Assembly: GCA_013239625.1 (NCBI GenBank) | Contig: MU056029.1 | Coordinates: 124,001 to 188,000, forward strand | Length of the DNA: 64,000 bases | Source: Lama guanicoe | Lineage: Eukaryota | Direction of reading: 5' to 3' | In this document: positions 50,059 through 63,650 of the stretch, piece after piece | Layout: the number at the start of each line of letters is the position of its first letter | Position numbering within the stretch: the stretch's first letter is position 1 | Notes under the pieces: model-generated | Seen by the model: the letters and a program-made list of their open reading frames with translations, nothing else | Database searches by the model: none | What the model was told of the DNA's origin: nothing | Position numbers and translations under genes: made by a program

Positions 50059-52599
50059 GACTCTGAATTCAGAGGGGCAATCCCTCTTTTGAGCCACCGC
50101 TGTCTGTGGCCGGACAGAAAGAAGGCAGTACCCTCCAGAAACCCCCTGGAGCTTTCTGGAGTGTTGGAGAGCCCCATAATCTACCCAGCTGGGGAACGTG
50201 CCTGAACTTGGACGCTCTCGATTTTGTTGGGGGATGAATCGGCTCGGAAAGTCCGCCGAGGGGGCTTTGATAGCGGCCAGCCCGACAGTGGGGCGGAACC
50301 CTCCACGGACTGGGTCTCGGACCCCAACCCGTGTACGCCCCGAACTGCTTCTGTAAACATTGCAGAGGTGGCCCGAGCGTGCACACCAGCTCTTAGGGGG
50401 CCAAAGTCATCTGCTGAGGACTTTTGCCAACACGTGATGTGTCACTAGTTTACAGAAAGGTAAAAAGCCTGTCTCCTGCAGTTTTGACCGTTTGGTAGGT
50501 TGTCGATGAAGAGAAAGCGACCTCTTGGTTGACCCCAGCTGCATAAGGGCTAAATGGAAGCCATATGACGACTGAACCCATTTAAAGCCGCGCGTCTTCA
50601 TATTTAGTACCAAGGTCACCATCTTATTTTAAAGGGTTTTTTTTTTAATGGCTCTGCAACGCTTACTAAGAAAGCTATAATGGGACCACTAACAATTCAG
50701 TCTTACTGTTTGCAACTTTGCTGATAAGCCCCTAGAATACTACATGAGGTCCCATTCATCTACTATTCAAACTTTTTATGTCAGCAATCATACATGGCAG
50801 TGAATTTAGATGTCATTCTTAGAACATCTTTTTTGTATAGTCAGATACATACTATGTTTCCCAACTATAAAAAATAAAGTAGTGGAATTTAAATTATTCT
50901 AGGACAAATGATGATAAGTGACTGTTAAGTCATGTCCAGTTTTAACTCAGTTTCTTCTTTTTTCATTTCCCCCGGTTACATATCTTCATTTGGAGACTAT
51001 TTGCAGTTATGTTTTATGGAAAAGACTAGTTAATAAAATCAGTCTTTTAAGGATTTATCTTTACATATTACCAAAATAGGTGGATAAAAATAAAGGCATT
51101 GTCAGAGTAGTTAAAATGTTGCTACAGTATCTAGCATATGAAGATACATTTAGCTGCTCTACTTCCTCTTAAGTAAAAATTGAATAAATGAAATGTCATT
51201 TTATAATAACCTGGTGTGTCAGACGTAAAAAAAAAAAAAACTCTTGAGTTCCAAAAAAAAATGAAAGATTTAAGGGAAATAAACCTGCTGTTAGTTAAAT
51301 GTCAGTTACATGCCAGTTCCTTATTAAAATCAAGGAGGATCCTGATTCTTCCTTGGAATCTGGAGAAATTACCCAAAGACTTTCTAGTCCAATAATATTA
51401 AATAGGTATTCTTAACTTGTGACACTAGTGTCAGACTTGTTTCAAGAACTGTTTTTTGCCTAATTCATTTTCAAATTTCAAAATGTTCGCTGGTAAAAAT
51501 TACCAGTATGAATATTGTCAGGAATCCTTACAATTCTAACAGTGTTCCATCTCTGTATTTACACCAGTTTTTATGAATAATTTTTTTTCCAAGCCAGACC
51601 CATATTTCTCTTCAACCCAAAAAAATGGTTTAGTATCTATTAAGTAAGTAAAAATTTTAGACTATTCTAGTCAAAATGAGACCTGGTAGTTTCTAAGTTT
51701 CTCATTTCAAGTGTAAGTGAAAGGAACAGTTTAAAATTTTTTTTTTAGCATAGTGCATTAATATTCCCTTGACAGACTTTGAACTTGTACTGTTTACCCA
51801 GAACTTGGCCAGGTTTTGGGAAAGGATAAAAGATCAACAATCCCTATCCTTGCCCTCAAGGACTCACAGTCCAAGAGGAAGTCACATCAGTAGAATGACA
51901 TTTTTTTCAGACTAACCCAACATTTTAGTGATTATGGGAGTACTTACTAATACTATGTATCTTCTAATACTCCGAATCTTTTTTATTTAATGAACATTTT
52001 GCCCTAAATTGCTGATGAAGTTGGTTTTTCAACAGGACTCGATGCTCCAGATTTCCTTTTCATGTGAGTCACTGCAGAGTAATCAAAATGCAAAAACAAT
52101 TTTTTGTTACCTAAACTGAAAGTATAGAACAAAAACCAGTCAGATTATGGTGGGATGAAACTTACTGTTGCTATTTTTAGGTTGCATCAAAATGTTACAG
52201 AGTCAACTGTTGGAAGAGACTTTACACTTTCAGTACATGAGTAGCTCTCAGTATTTAAGAAATTCTGTTGAAGCAAAATTAATTCCAAGATGAACATTGC
52301 CTGACAGATGACTACTCAGTGAATGTTAGTGCTTAGTGTAGCAGTAGGAATATTAGCATTGTCTATATTGTTTAGTATTACACACTTTAAGCATTAACTC
52401 CTTCATACTTTCACCCATATTCCTACAGATTAGCCAGATTTGCACTCCCTCATCTCATGTCTTAAAAGTATGAGCCATCCTTTCTTTCTACAGTTAACAT
52501 ATTTCTGAGGGAGGAGGGGGTCTCCTCAAGACTGCTGATCGCTGTCATTCCCTCTCCTGTTCATTAATTCTCTTGCTATTAACTTTGTTCTTTCTGTTC

Positions 52600-53860
52600 A
52601 GAATAGCTATCAGATTGCCATTTCCTTCCAAATTCCTCTTCAACTACTGAAATTTAGCATTTTCCCCCATTTTACTGTATACATTTCTTGTATTAATGTC
52701 AGTAATGGCATAACAGCCAAATTTAAAAGTTGCTTCTCAATTTTCATGGTATCTGCCCTGTTCAGCCTTCCACTGCTAACCACTATCTGCTGGAAACTGT
52801 TCCCTTGGTTCCTTCTGCCCGGAATTTTCCATCCTCCATCCTCTCCTCCTGTGTCTTGGGCCATTCTTCCTCAAGTCTTCTTTGCAGAATGCTCATTCTC
52901 TCCACTGTTGGTTCTCTTCACCTGCCATATTACATAGTCTCTGACAGAACTGTTCATGCATACCCTTCCTCTATCACTTTTGTAAGTCAGGAATCAAGTC
53001 TGAATCTTGAACACATGATGAACACTGAACACTGAATCTTGACTTCAGACACATATCTTCAACCTCTTATTGGAAACTTGTGCTGGATGTCCTACAGGCA
53101 CCTAAAACTCAACATGTCTGAAATAGAACTTGTGAATTTGCCCCATTTTCCATCATTAACTGAGCGGTAGATAATTGTGGGAGAAGCAGGTTTTGGAGGA
53201 ACAAGCAGGAAATTAGGTTTTGTGAATGTTGAATGTTTTGAGATGGCTGAGTGTTTATAGTGGGTACCTGTAGCACAGACTGACTGGTAGTTGACCCCTG
53301 ATATGCACTCTCCTCTTCATCCATGATAATGGAATATCCAGCCAGATACATGGTGACAAGTAATTAACTCTCTAAGTGTGGCCAGATCTCTAAGTCCTAG
53401 CTCGTGGGATGTGAGCAGGAATGACATGAGCAACTTCCAGATCATACACTAAAAGGAGTGAGATGCTCCTTTCTCTTTGTCCCTTCATGATGATTGGAAT
53501 GTGTTGGCGTTGTGAGCTATGGTGGAGGGATCCCAGAGCAATAAGATGGGTCCTTGAGGACTTCATGGATCAGAGCTCGTGTACCAGCTTGAACTTAGGT
53601 GTGAGACAGCTACTACCTTCTGTAATCTGTCATGGTTACTTTAGATACCTTTTGCTGCAGCTGAGCTTGTATTCTAATGCCCAAATGAAGAAATCAAGGA
53701 GGCAGTTGGATGTAGGCGTCTGGGGTTAGGGGAGAATGAAACCAACTCATCCTACTTTCCTTGACTTGATTGATGTCTATTCTGTCTGTGGCAGTCCCCA
53801 GTCATAATGTTAGTAATCCTAGATTTCTTCCTCTTCCTCACTCCCCTGGCAATTAGGAGG
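52600..53860. mobile_element. L2 fragments in both orientations with a nested MLT1-type LTR (about 53270-53680)
   Basis: L2 motifs tggatgtcctacaggcacctaaaactcaacatgtc and reverse aggcagttggatgta; MaLR-like interior. Confidence 0.6.
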
Positions 53861-53899
53861 CAAGGTCATACGTCCCTTAAAGAACTGGTTTTAGAATTA

Positions 53900-54315
53900 G
53901 GTAGCATAGCAAAGTGGTTAAGAGTATAGGCTTCCAATTTATTAGCAAGTGCAAAAATGCGAGGCAAAAATCATAAACTCCTCTTCGATTTGGTTTTCTC
54001 ATCTATAAGTTTGGGTTGTTGCGAGGATTAAATGTTAATATATATAAAGCACTTAAACTAATGCCAGGCACTTAGTACAAGTCCAGTAACGATGAGCTTT
54101 TTTATCCCATGTGAATCCCAGTTCTGCCACTTACCAGATATAGAAACATCAATTAAACTCTCAATTAATCTCTGTTTCATCAGTGAAGTAGGCAAAATAA
54201 TAGTGCGTATCTCACAGGTCGGCTGTGAAGAGTGAGCAGGGACAGCCCATAGGAAGCGTTTCATGCCTGGCGTATGGGAAGCCTTCAATAAATGGTAATA
54301 AGCACTGTTATTATT
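53900..54315 (+). mobile_element. Two adjacent MIR SINEs
   Basis: aagtggttaagagtataggc...; gaatcccagttctgccacttacc...ttcaataaatggtaat. Confidence 0.8.
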
Positions 54316-55648
54316 AGCAATTATTGTCATTATTATTATAATACACATTTCCTTCTATATAATCTCTGCTTCTACCTCAAGTTAGACCCTTAGTGTTTCT
54401 TACTTGAAGCAGGACAGAGCCATATTGTCTTATCATTATTGTATCCCCCACACCTAACACCATGCTGGTCCATCTTATAGTACTTTGCTACTGAAGCTCC
54501 TCATCATGGATTTTTTTTTAAAGAAACAAATACGATCTCCCTGCTCACTTGCTTGAATCTATCAGTGGCTCTTTATAGCTTTCTAGAAAATGTTCAAACT
54601 CTAAGAACAATGCCCACTGAATGTGGGCCCTGCGCCCCAGCCCTTTCTTCCACTCCCCTCAGGGATCCATTGCTGGGGCCTTACTGACACACTTGAGAGT
54701 CCTTTGGAACCCCTTTGCCTGCAGTTTGTTCTGTCTTTTAGACAAGTTCAAGCACCTCCTCTGAGAAGCCCCTCTAATCTTTTAGCAGGGCTGTTGCTTA
54801 TGCCTCTGTGTCACCCCTTCCTATCACGTGACTTCTCATATACTGTTGGTATATGTGCTATCCTTACAATTCCTTCTCCCCTTAAGTTCGTTGAGAGAGG
54901 AGGATGCTTTTGGCTTGCTTCGTGTTCCCCATATGTATCTCAGTGGTTAAACCCTGATAATTCCTTAAAAAGTGTTCAGATGAATGAGCTAATGTCTGGT
55001 AAACTAGTGAATCTTTGGATATTTCACTTTTCAGTTGTGTCAAGGAGCCTGTACAATTCAGTGGGAATGGAAAAATCAGGCAAATTAATTTACTATAAGA
55101 AACTGCAACTTGTGAACTCCAGCAACTAAGTAAGCAACAATGTATAAGCCTTTTAATCTTTCAGGCCCTTGGTATTATGAAGTATAAAATTAAGACAGTG
55201 ACAAGATGACCTACAAAATCCTCTTAAATCTATGATTTATTCAACCACTAATTTTCACTAATTACACACTTATCCAAGACTATATAAGAAGCCATTCAAG
55301 CAAAACCCTAAAAGCCTTCAAATCCTGCTTTGACTGTGGTCATTTCAGTCTCTTTGTGCCTACCTTACCCAATTGGAGAGTAGATGGAAAAGAGGAATTT
55401 TACCGAACACCGGCTGCTGCTAATCTGAGCTGTTCTGAATAGAACCGTTACACTCAAATCAATGAAGCAACCCTTAGATATTTCATTTTCTGACAAGTGC
55501 ATAATTTTGAGTTCTTTGGACTCATTCACACTGCATTTGTATGTCTAATACCATTTTTAATACATGGTATTCTAACAGGAATTCTAACAATTTTTTAAAT
55601 CTAAGTAAGTGCACTGGTTAAGCAAAATCTGTTATTAAAAGTGGTACA

Positions 55649-55804
55649 ATGTAGGAGGGCTTCCTTTCCTCCACACCCTCGCCAGCACTTATCATTTGTG
55701 GACTGTTTTAATAATGGCCATTCTGACTGTAAATTGAATATACTTCAATAAAAAATATACATATATACAAAGAATTTTAAAAAGCAAAAAAAAATTTTTT
55801 TTAA
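55649..55804. mobile_element. Short 5'-inverted (twin-primed) L1 insertion
   Basis: Antisense ORF2-end fragment fused to a sense terminal 3' end; flanked by tggtaca. Confidence 0.7.
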
Positions 55805-56799
55805 TGGTACAGACAATAGTACTGTTTTTCTTCAGGATATCTTAGCTAAAGAAAAATACCTGGCAAGGGAAGAATCATGAATACAATCTGCAATTGATAA
55901 GCAATATTTTTTACTCTTGCTTCACATTAACAACAGAATATAAAATTATCAAAATGATAAAATTTACTATTGTACTTTTTGAAATTGCTTCAGACAAAGC
56001 TTGCCTTCTTTTTGCTGCTGTTTTTATTTTTGCTTTTGTGACAGTTAACTATCATTATAGTATAAAAAGACAAAGGTATTTTTTAAAATAGTAATGTAGA
56101 TATTATTCATGACATAAAAGACTTTATATTACTTCTTTTTTTTAGTTCATACTAAGCATGATACTGATTGCAACTATATTTCAATACTTAATGCAAATTT
56201 CCACAAGTTGCATTTGTGCATGCATTAAGTGCTGGTTGCTTAAATAAATCTGATTAATTCTGACAACAATCTTCGGTATTATACGTTTTATGAATTAGGA
56301 AATTGATCTTAGAATAAGTAACTTGCTCATGTCCCACACTTACAGCCTAATAGAGCTAGGATTTAAATCCGGGGAGGGTGGTGTCACTGCTTTCCCAGAA
56401 AACAATGATAAATTTTTTAAATTTCAAAATTATGTTTCATTGAATTTTTGTCTTAATCATTCAGTCATACATTTTATTCATTGCTTCCTGAAAGTATTAT
56501 AAGAACAATATTCTCAGATTGTTACCTGAAAATAAAGCTTTTTTTCCATATTGTTCAGTTCAAAACTGGGCTTCTGAGAGCTTCGGCCAGCCTGATCTGC
56601 CACCACTCCCTCGCAGCACTCAGTCCTAATTATATGAGTTGGGGCCAGCTGCTTATCTTCTTTGAGCCTCAATTTCTTCATCTATAAAGGGTGATGTGAT
56701 GATTAAATAGACAGTTTGTTGCTAGGGCCTTGGCTCAGTGCCTGGCACAATATAAATGCTCAATAAATGTTTATGAATGAATAGGTAAATGGATGAAAT

Positions 56800-57232
56800 T
56801 GTCTTAATTTAGGATTCCCCCCAGAAACAGATCTTGAGAAAATGATTTGCATACAAGTAGTTTGTTTGGGAACTAATCCCCCAAAACATTGGTAGGCAAG
56901 TAAGTTAGAGAAAGGAGACAACCAGTCAAGGGCGGATTATCAGTCAAGCATCCACGTCGGCTAACTAGTGCTCAATTCTCCTGCGGAACTCTGAAGCCAG
57001 GGAGGAACGCCCACTTCACAATTATCCCATCAGAAGGGACAGGAAGCTTTTATATGCACTGTCCCAGTGACTGTCCTCACACTGCTGGTTCCCTGTGGCG
57101 GGGCCACAGCAGCTCCAGCTAGTCAGAGAAAGCCCAAAGGAAAGAAAGGCAGGTGCTGGCACTGGGGGCTGGGACTGGCATGCGCTCCACTGGTCAGGGC
57201 CAGGTCACCAACAGCTTCTACAACAGGAATGA
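56800..57232 (-). mobile_element. ERVL LTR (LTR16-like)
   Basis: tgtcttaatttaggattccccccagaaacagatcttgagaaaatgatttgcatacaagtagtttgtttggga. Confidence 0.6.
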
Positions 57233-58059
57233 AGGCACAAACAAGCCAAACTTGATGAATTTACCACAGTTGAGGTCTGGCCTTCACGGTTGCAGGCTGG
57301 GAAACCTATTCGCAGCCTGCCAATCAAACTCACATTAACCCAGCTTTGGAGATGGGATTATAAAATCACAATGCCAGTTTATTGATTTAAATTGAGAGAG
57401 AACTATTACAAGGACTGGGAAATCGGAAGTGCCTAAGACCAGAGTGTTTTTCCCCATAAGAAGACACACAGGGCCCCCACTAACAAGTTGAAATCTAGAC
57501 AATGGAAGTTGGAAGAAATGAATTTTGATGGCAATAAACTAAACATTAAGAATCGTCTTGACCATGGAAAGAGTCTACTTGAAGCTCGCTGGCCAACATC
57601 TCCCAGGAAGGTTGTACCCAGCATTTCCTAGTCAGACTCCAGCCAGTGTTACCACTGGGGACAGGTCTCCTTCTTCAGAAATGTCAGGTTTCGGTTATAC
57701 CTTGTAGTTATGGAAGCTAATTCTCTTTTTTCAAAAGTGAGTTACACCAGCCTCTGCTTTCATCCATGTGGCTAATCTGAAAATGTAACCCTCAAAAGGA
57801 CCATATGATTTTCCTTCATGTCTGTTTTTGTGGCACATCTCACTGTAGGCATCAAGTACCAACAATCACATATGTTATTACCTGAATGATTGTAATCTCT
57901 CATCTAAAAGTTTTTTCCTACTATGTGAAGGAAAACTTCTGAAACATACTAACTAGCTCTCAGTAACTTTTCTCTTATTGCTCTTTCATGTCAAATATTT
58001 CTCATATGAAACATGATGTAGTTGTTGTACTCCCCATTTCCTAATCATTATTTAGCCCA

Positions 58060-60930
58060 AAAGAGAAGTTTAAAGACTGGTGCAATGAACACACATGTTT
58101 TCTTCACCTAGATTTCACAATAGTTCATATTTTGCTCTATTTTCCCAATCATTTATCATCTCTAACTATGAAATCATTTGACACAAATCGCAGACTTCCT
58201 AACACTACTGTTGTATGTTATTCCGAAGGACAAGGGCACTCTTGTATATTACCTCAATACCATACGATTTTTAGCACTCATTTGATAATATCATTTAAAA
58301 TACAGTCTCTATTCAAGTTTCCTTAATTGTTCCGAGAATATTCTTAATAGATTTTTAAAATCCAAGATCCAATTAAATAGTGCACACCTTTAGTTGTCAT
58401 GTTTCTTTAGTCTGCATTTACTAGAAATGTCTCCAGAACTTCATCTTACGACTTTTTTTTTTTTAAAGATTCCAGGGCAGTAAGTAGTTTTATAGAAGTC
58501 CCCACAGTCTGCTTCATCTGATTGCTTTCTCTGATGAGATTCACATTATGTATTTTTGGAAATAACATATAGGTGATGTTGTGTACTCATTGCATTATGT
58601 AAGGTGGCACAGAGGGTAGATTGTTGTATTATTGGTGATGGTCAGTTTTATTACCCAGTTAGTGTAGTGTCTGCTAGATTTCTCGTTATATAAGAAATAT
58701 ATATGATTTCTCACCATATATATGTTGTACTTAATAAACTGAGTGGTGATACTTTAAGAACGTATTTAAGAGTAAATATGTCAATATTTTACCCATTAGT
58801 TGTAGCATCCATGGGTGACCATTGTCTGAATCCACTTTACATTGGTGGCTGCAGAATGATAATCTTTCTTTCATCCTTCCTACATTGATTAGTTGTGTTC
58901 TTCACTAAAAAAGAAGTGTTCCTCCTACCCACCACTTTCCATCCCTATGAATATGGATTCATGGCTTTCCTTTTTATTCAAGATGGCATAATGCATCATG
59001 TTTATTTGTGGTGCTCAAATTGTCCCAAATTTGGCCAGTTGGGGCCCCTAAAACCAACTGTATATCCTTTTGACATGTCCCTGTCAGTCCGAGCATTTCC
59101 TTGCTCTTTGGCACAATGTGATGTTCAGGCTTATTCTGCCCCAGGCTCAGACTCAGGCATTTCTCAGAAACCTTATTCCTTTTAGTAACTCTGGGCACGA
59201 GTCATTGCATCAAACTTGTCATTGCTTTGATGGCCATACTTGTGGAATATATATGTATATTCATAGTGATATTTCATGTCCAACCCTGCTGGGTTCTTGC
59301 GCATCTCCTCTCATTCCATATTTATTTCTCTCTTCTCTCACAGTGAGAACCCAATATATTGACCATAACTCTACCTTACAATACACATAAATTACCAATA
59401 CGACTATCAACAACACATCTACTATGTTCAAGATTTCTTTGCAGTTCTTTTAGTTCTTAGACTAAATTCCCTGACAGATGTTCAGAATATTAGATCCAAA
59501 AGTTTCTCGAATTAATTCTTGTTAGTTTGATACATAGTTAGGTATGTTGCTTCTGTTGGTAGGATATTAAGGGCTTGATTCTTTCATCTACGTGAGTTTA
59601 ATTTTAGTTTTGAATATGTAAGACAGTATGTTTCAAATATCAAAACTACATAAAAGATATATTCAGAGATGGTACACTCCAATTTCCATCCCTTCAACCC
59701 CTTTTCCACCCACTACCTACAAGTAGCCACTTTTATTTTTTTAATCTTTCCTGAGTTTCTTTTTACAGAAATAAACCTACAAACACACACACAAACACGT
59801 GCGCACACACATATATTTATGTGTATATGTAATATACATGTATATATATTTATGATTATTGTTGTCCCCTTTTCCTTTATACTCTTTTCTATATCCTTTA
59901 TAAGTTTATTTCTTTTGTTATTAAAGAAATGGAAATTACCATAGAGAAAGCTTTACCCTAATAATTTATATATTCTTCTTGGTATCCTTTATTGAGATTT
60001 CTACTAGTTGGTTCAACAGTTATGCAACATCCTTTTAACTCTACCTGTTGTCTGTGCCACAATCAATAGGCATATTCTACTTTCCCTGTTCTCTCTCCCT
60101 TCTCTCCTTATTTTAAAAATGGGTGGAGGGTATAGCTCAGTGGTAGAGCACATGCTTAGCATGCATGAGGTCCTGAGTTCAATCTCCAGTACCTCCATTA
60201 AAAATTTCAGTATCTTGTAATAACCTTTAATGAAAAAGAATCTGAAAACAAATATATGTATATGTATGTATGACTGCGACATTATGTTGTACATCAGAAA
60301 TTGATTGACACACTGTAACTAACTATACTTCAATATAAAAAATAACAAATTTTTTTAAATAAAAGAGAAACAGTTTTAAATGGTGTTAGTTCTACTTTGC
60401 AATAACATATTTTTATGTGCTATTCTTACACCTAGTCAGCAGCTTGTTTTAGGGTCAGATCTATAATTAAATACATCTAAAGCTTATAATCAGTCATTTA
60501 CTGATGTTTCCTCAGTTATATCTTGGTTTAATAAAGACTCTTAGTAACTTCCTCAGGAAGAGGTCAGGCATATAGTATTCCCTGCGTTTGTTCATGTTTA
60601 AAACTGTTTCCTAAAGCCTTGATATTCTAAAGAGAGCTTGGTTGGCTTAAAAAAAAATTCCTTGGTTTACATTTTTATCTTTGATCTTCACATATCTGTT
60701 GCTCCACTCATTTTTAATTTTGTTGCCTTTAAGAAATCTGATGGCAACTGGACTTTCCATCCTTCGTAAGAAATTTTGCCTTTTAGCGTGGAGCCCAGAT
60801 TTTTCTTAATTTTTAATGTCTAACAGTTTTACTAAGATATTATTTGGACAGGGCCAGTTTTCCAAGTTCACAGTGAGGCCCTTTTTAGCAAAGAGATTCA
60901 GATCTTCCTTGATTTTAATAATGTTGTCCT
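58060..60930 (-). mobile_element. Old L1 fragments (L1MC/ME-type), antisense
   Basis: Reverse L1 3' motifs (gctcaaattgtcccaaatttggccagt) and reverse ORF1/ORF2 junction remnants. Confidence 0.65.
60121..60205 (+). mobile_element. tRNA-derived SINE head (camelid Vic-1-like)
   Basis: gggtatagctcagtggtagagcacatgcttagcatgcatgaggtcctgagttcaatctccagtacctcca; Pol III A box (TAGCTCAGTGG) and degenerate B box (AGTTCAATCT). Confidence 0.85.
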
Positions 60931-61419
60931 GAAACATAGCCCTGAGAGTAGGTAGAACTACATCAAATCACACAACAGTGGAAGTGGTACACCCAGGACC
61001 AAGCACAAGCAGATCCAGACACCACAAATAAGCTGACAGAACACCTGTCTTTCGCCCCTGTGTTTTTCTCCAGCGCTGCACTGTGGCTTCTCCCTCAGCT
61101 CACACACCTGTGACCCGATGGAGTGCTCCCTATGTCCAGCACAAAGGGGAAGACGACCTGAGCTTGATTTGCAGTGGGTGGACTTGTGCTGTTGGTATGT
61201 GATCAGAAAACAGAAGGCAGTGATGTAGGGTCGGGGAATGTCTCTCCGTGGGTAGAGCCCTGGGTGTTACGGCATCCACTTTAACCGGAGAGAGAAAATA
61301 TCCAGACACAATGGACGCATGGGCAGTGGTGAATGACTTAGCCGACTGATCATAGGCTATAGACGAAACTGTTCTAGACGGCATGAGACCAGGAGCATTT
61401 CTTCAAGAGTATGATTAAG

Positions 61420-63650
61420 ACAAAGAATTTCACTCTCATTATTTCCATTCAATGTTTTCCTGAAGGTCCTAGCCAGTGAAATAAGGCAAGACAAAGAAAT
61501 AGAAAGTATAAACATGAGAAAGGAAAAAATAAAACTATTATTATCAAAGGTGAGAAAATTATATACCCTGCTATATAAAGAGAAACCAAATGAACCTGTA
61601 AGTCAACTTTTAGAATTAGTGAGTAATTTAGCAAGACTGTTGGAAACAAAGCTAATGTATAAAAATCAATGTTCTTTGAATATGTTAGCAAGAAGAAGCT
61701 AGAAAATGAAAAAATTTTAAATGTTATTTATCATAGCATTAAAAAAGCAACAGATACTTGGTGATAAGTGTGATAAGAAATTACAAAACATTTCTGGGAG
61801 AAATTAAAGACCTAAATAGAGATTTATTCCATCTTTATAGATTAGTTGACTCATTTTTAAGACATCAATTATCTTTAAATCAATGTACAGATGCAATGCA
61901 ACTATAATTAAAAATATCTGGGCATTATTTTGTGGAAATTAGGAAGCTGATTTTAAAATTCACATAGAATAAAATATTTAGGATAAGTTTAACAAAAAGA
62001 GTACAAGACTTGCATGCTGAAAACTACAAAGCATTGCTAAAAGAAATTAAACAAAAACTAAATAAATGGAGACATAGATCATGTTCATGGATTGGAAGAT
62101 TCAATCTTCTTAAGATGTCCATTCTCTCCCAAGTTAATCTATGGAATTGATGAAGCTTTTTTTTTTTTGTAGAATTAACAAGATTATTCTAAAATTTATA
62201 TGGAAATGCAAAGGATCTGTGATGGCCAAAACAATTTTTTCAAAAGTGGTTCTTCTGTTTGTTCTTTTGTATACTACCTGATCTTAAATGTTATGATAAA
62301 GTTTAAAGTAATCAAGACAGTTTGGTACTAATATAAGGATAGATTTATGAATTGATGGATAAGAGCAGACAGTCCAGAAATAAATTCACATTTTTATGGT
62401 CAATTGATTTTCAGCAAAATTGCCAGAGCAATTCAATAGGGAAAGCATAGTCTTTTCAACTAATGATGCTGAGACAATTGGATATTCAAAGGCAAAATAT
62501 GAGCTTACACTCTCACCTCATACCATATTCAAAAATTAACTCAAAATGAATCATAGACCTAAATGAAAGAATGAAAAGTATAAAACTTCTAGAAGAAAAC
62601 ATAGGAGAAAAAAATTCTGTCCCCAGTATAGGTAAAAATTTCTTTGATATGATTACACCAAAAGCACAATTCATAAAAGAACACAATAAATTAAACATCA
62701 TCAAAATTTTATCAAAATTTACCATTAGTAAAATGAAACGTCAAGCCACAGACTGGAGACAATATTTGCAAATTATATATCTAATAAAGGACATATTCAG
62801 AACATACATAAAACTCTTATGAGTCAATAAGAGGACAGACAATCCAACTTGAAATGGGCCAAATATTTGAATAGCCCTTTCAACAAATATTCAAATGGAT
62901 AATTAACACAGGAAAGTCAACATCATTGATTACTAGGGAAATTCAAATGAAAACCACAAAGAGGTACTATTTCACACCCACTAGAATGACTACAATCACA
63001 AAGGCTGATTCATATAAAGTGTTGTCCAGGATGTGGAAAATTTTCTGGTGAGTGTGTAAACTGGTGCAACCACTTTGGAAAGCAGTTTGGAACTTTCTTG
63101 AAAAGTTAAACATGTGCTTATCATACAACCCAGCAATTCTGCTCCTAGGTTTCCACCCACAAGAAAATAAAAGCATAGATCCCCACCAAGACTCGTGTGT
63201 GAATGTTTATACCGCGTTATTCATGATAGAAAAAACTGGAAAGAACACAAATCTCCGCCAACTGGTATATCTGTCCAGCAGAATGCTAAGAAATAAAAAG
63301 AATCAAAATGCTGGTACATGTGACATGGATGAATGTCAAAGCATTGTGCTCAAGTGGAAGGAGCCAGACAGAAAGAAACTGTATATGGTAGAATTCCATT
63401 TATATAAAATTTCTAGAAAGGGTAAAGCTGAAGAAACAGAAAGATGATCAGAAGTTGCCTCGGGCTGGGAATGGGAGCAGGGATTGGTTGCAAATGGGCA
63501 TGAGAGAGCCTTATGGAGTGATGGAATTGTTTTAAAATTATATGGTGGTGATGTTTGCACAGTTGTACACATTTACTAAAAATTGCTTAAGTGTACATTT
63601 ACAATGAGTGAATTTCATCGTATGTAAACTATACTTCATAGAAATGAAAA
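61420..63650 (+). mobile_element. LINE-1 ORF2 3' half and 3'UTR (with an internal repeated or nested segment)
   Basis: ORF track 62571-62822 and 63052-63447 give L1 ORF2 C-terminal-like peptides (CKLVQPLWKAVW...YNPAILLLG). Confidence 0.92.

Larger units (their letters stand above)
48640..50400. promoter_or_regulatory. CpG island / UBE3A promoter
   Basis: Abrupt GC- and CpG-rich block in AT-rich DNA. Contains GC boxes (ggggcggggcc at about 49895; cccgcccc followed by ccaat at about 49936-49947) and YY1-type motifs. Confidence 0.95.

Noticed and set aside
48534..50448. Many long overlapping ORFs (up to 278 aa) on both strands
   Set aside because: Expected from stop-codon scarcity in a CpG island; low-complexity Pro/Arg/Gly/Ala products with no recognisable domain
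54623..55129. 168-aa plus-strand ORF
   Set aside because: Non-ATG start, overlaps L2-like remnants, no recognisable domain or splice support
60125..60198. tRNA-Ala-like gene
   Set aside because: Acceptor and T stems are degenerate and it is followed by an A-rich linker and L1 tail; better explained as a SINE
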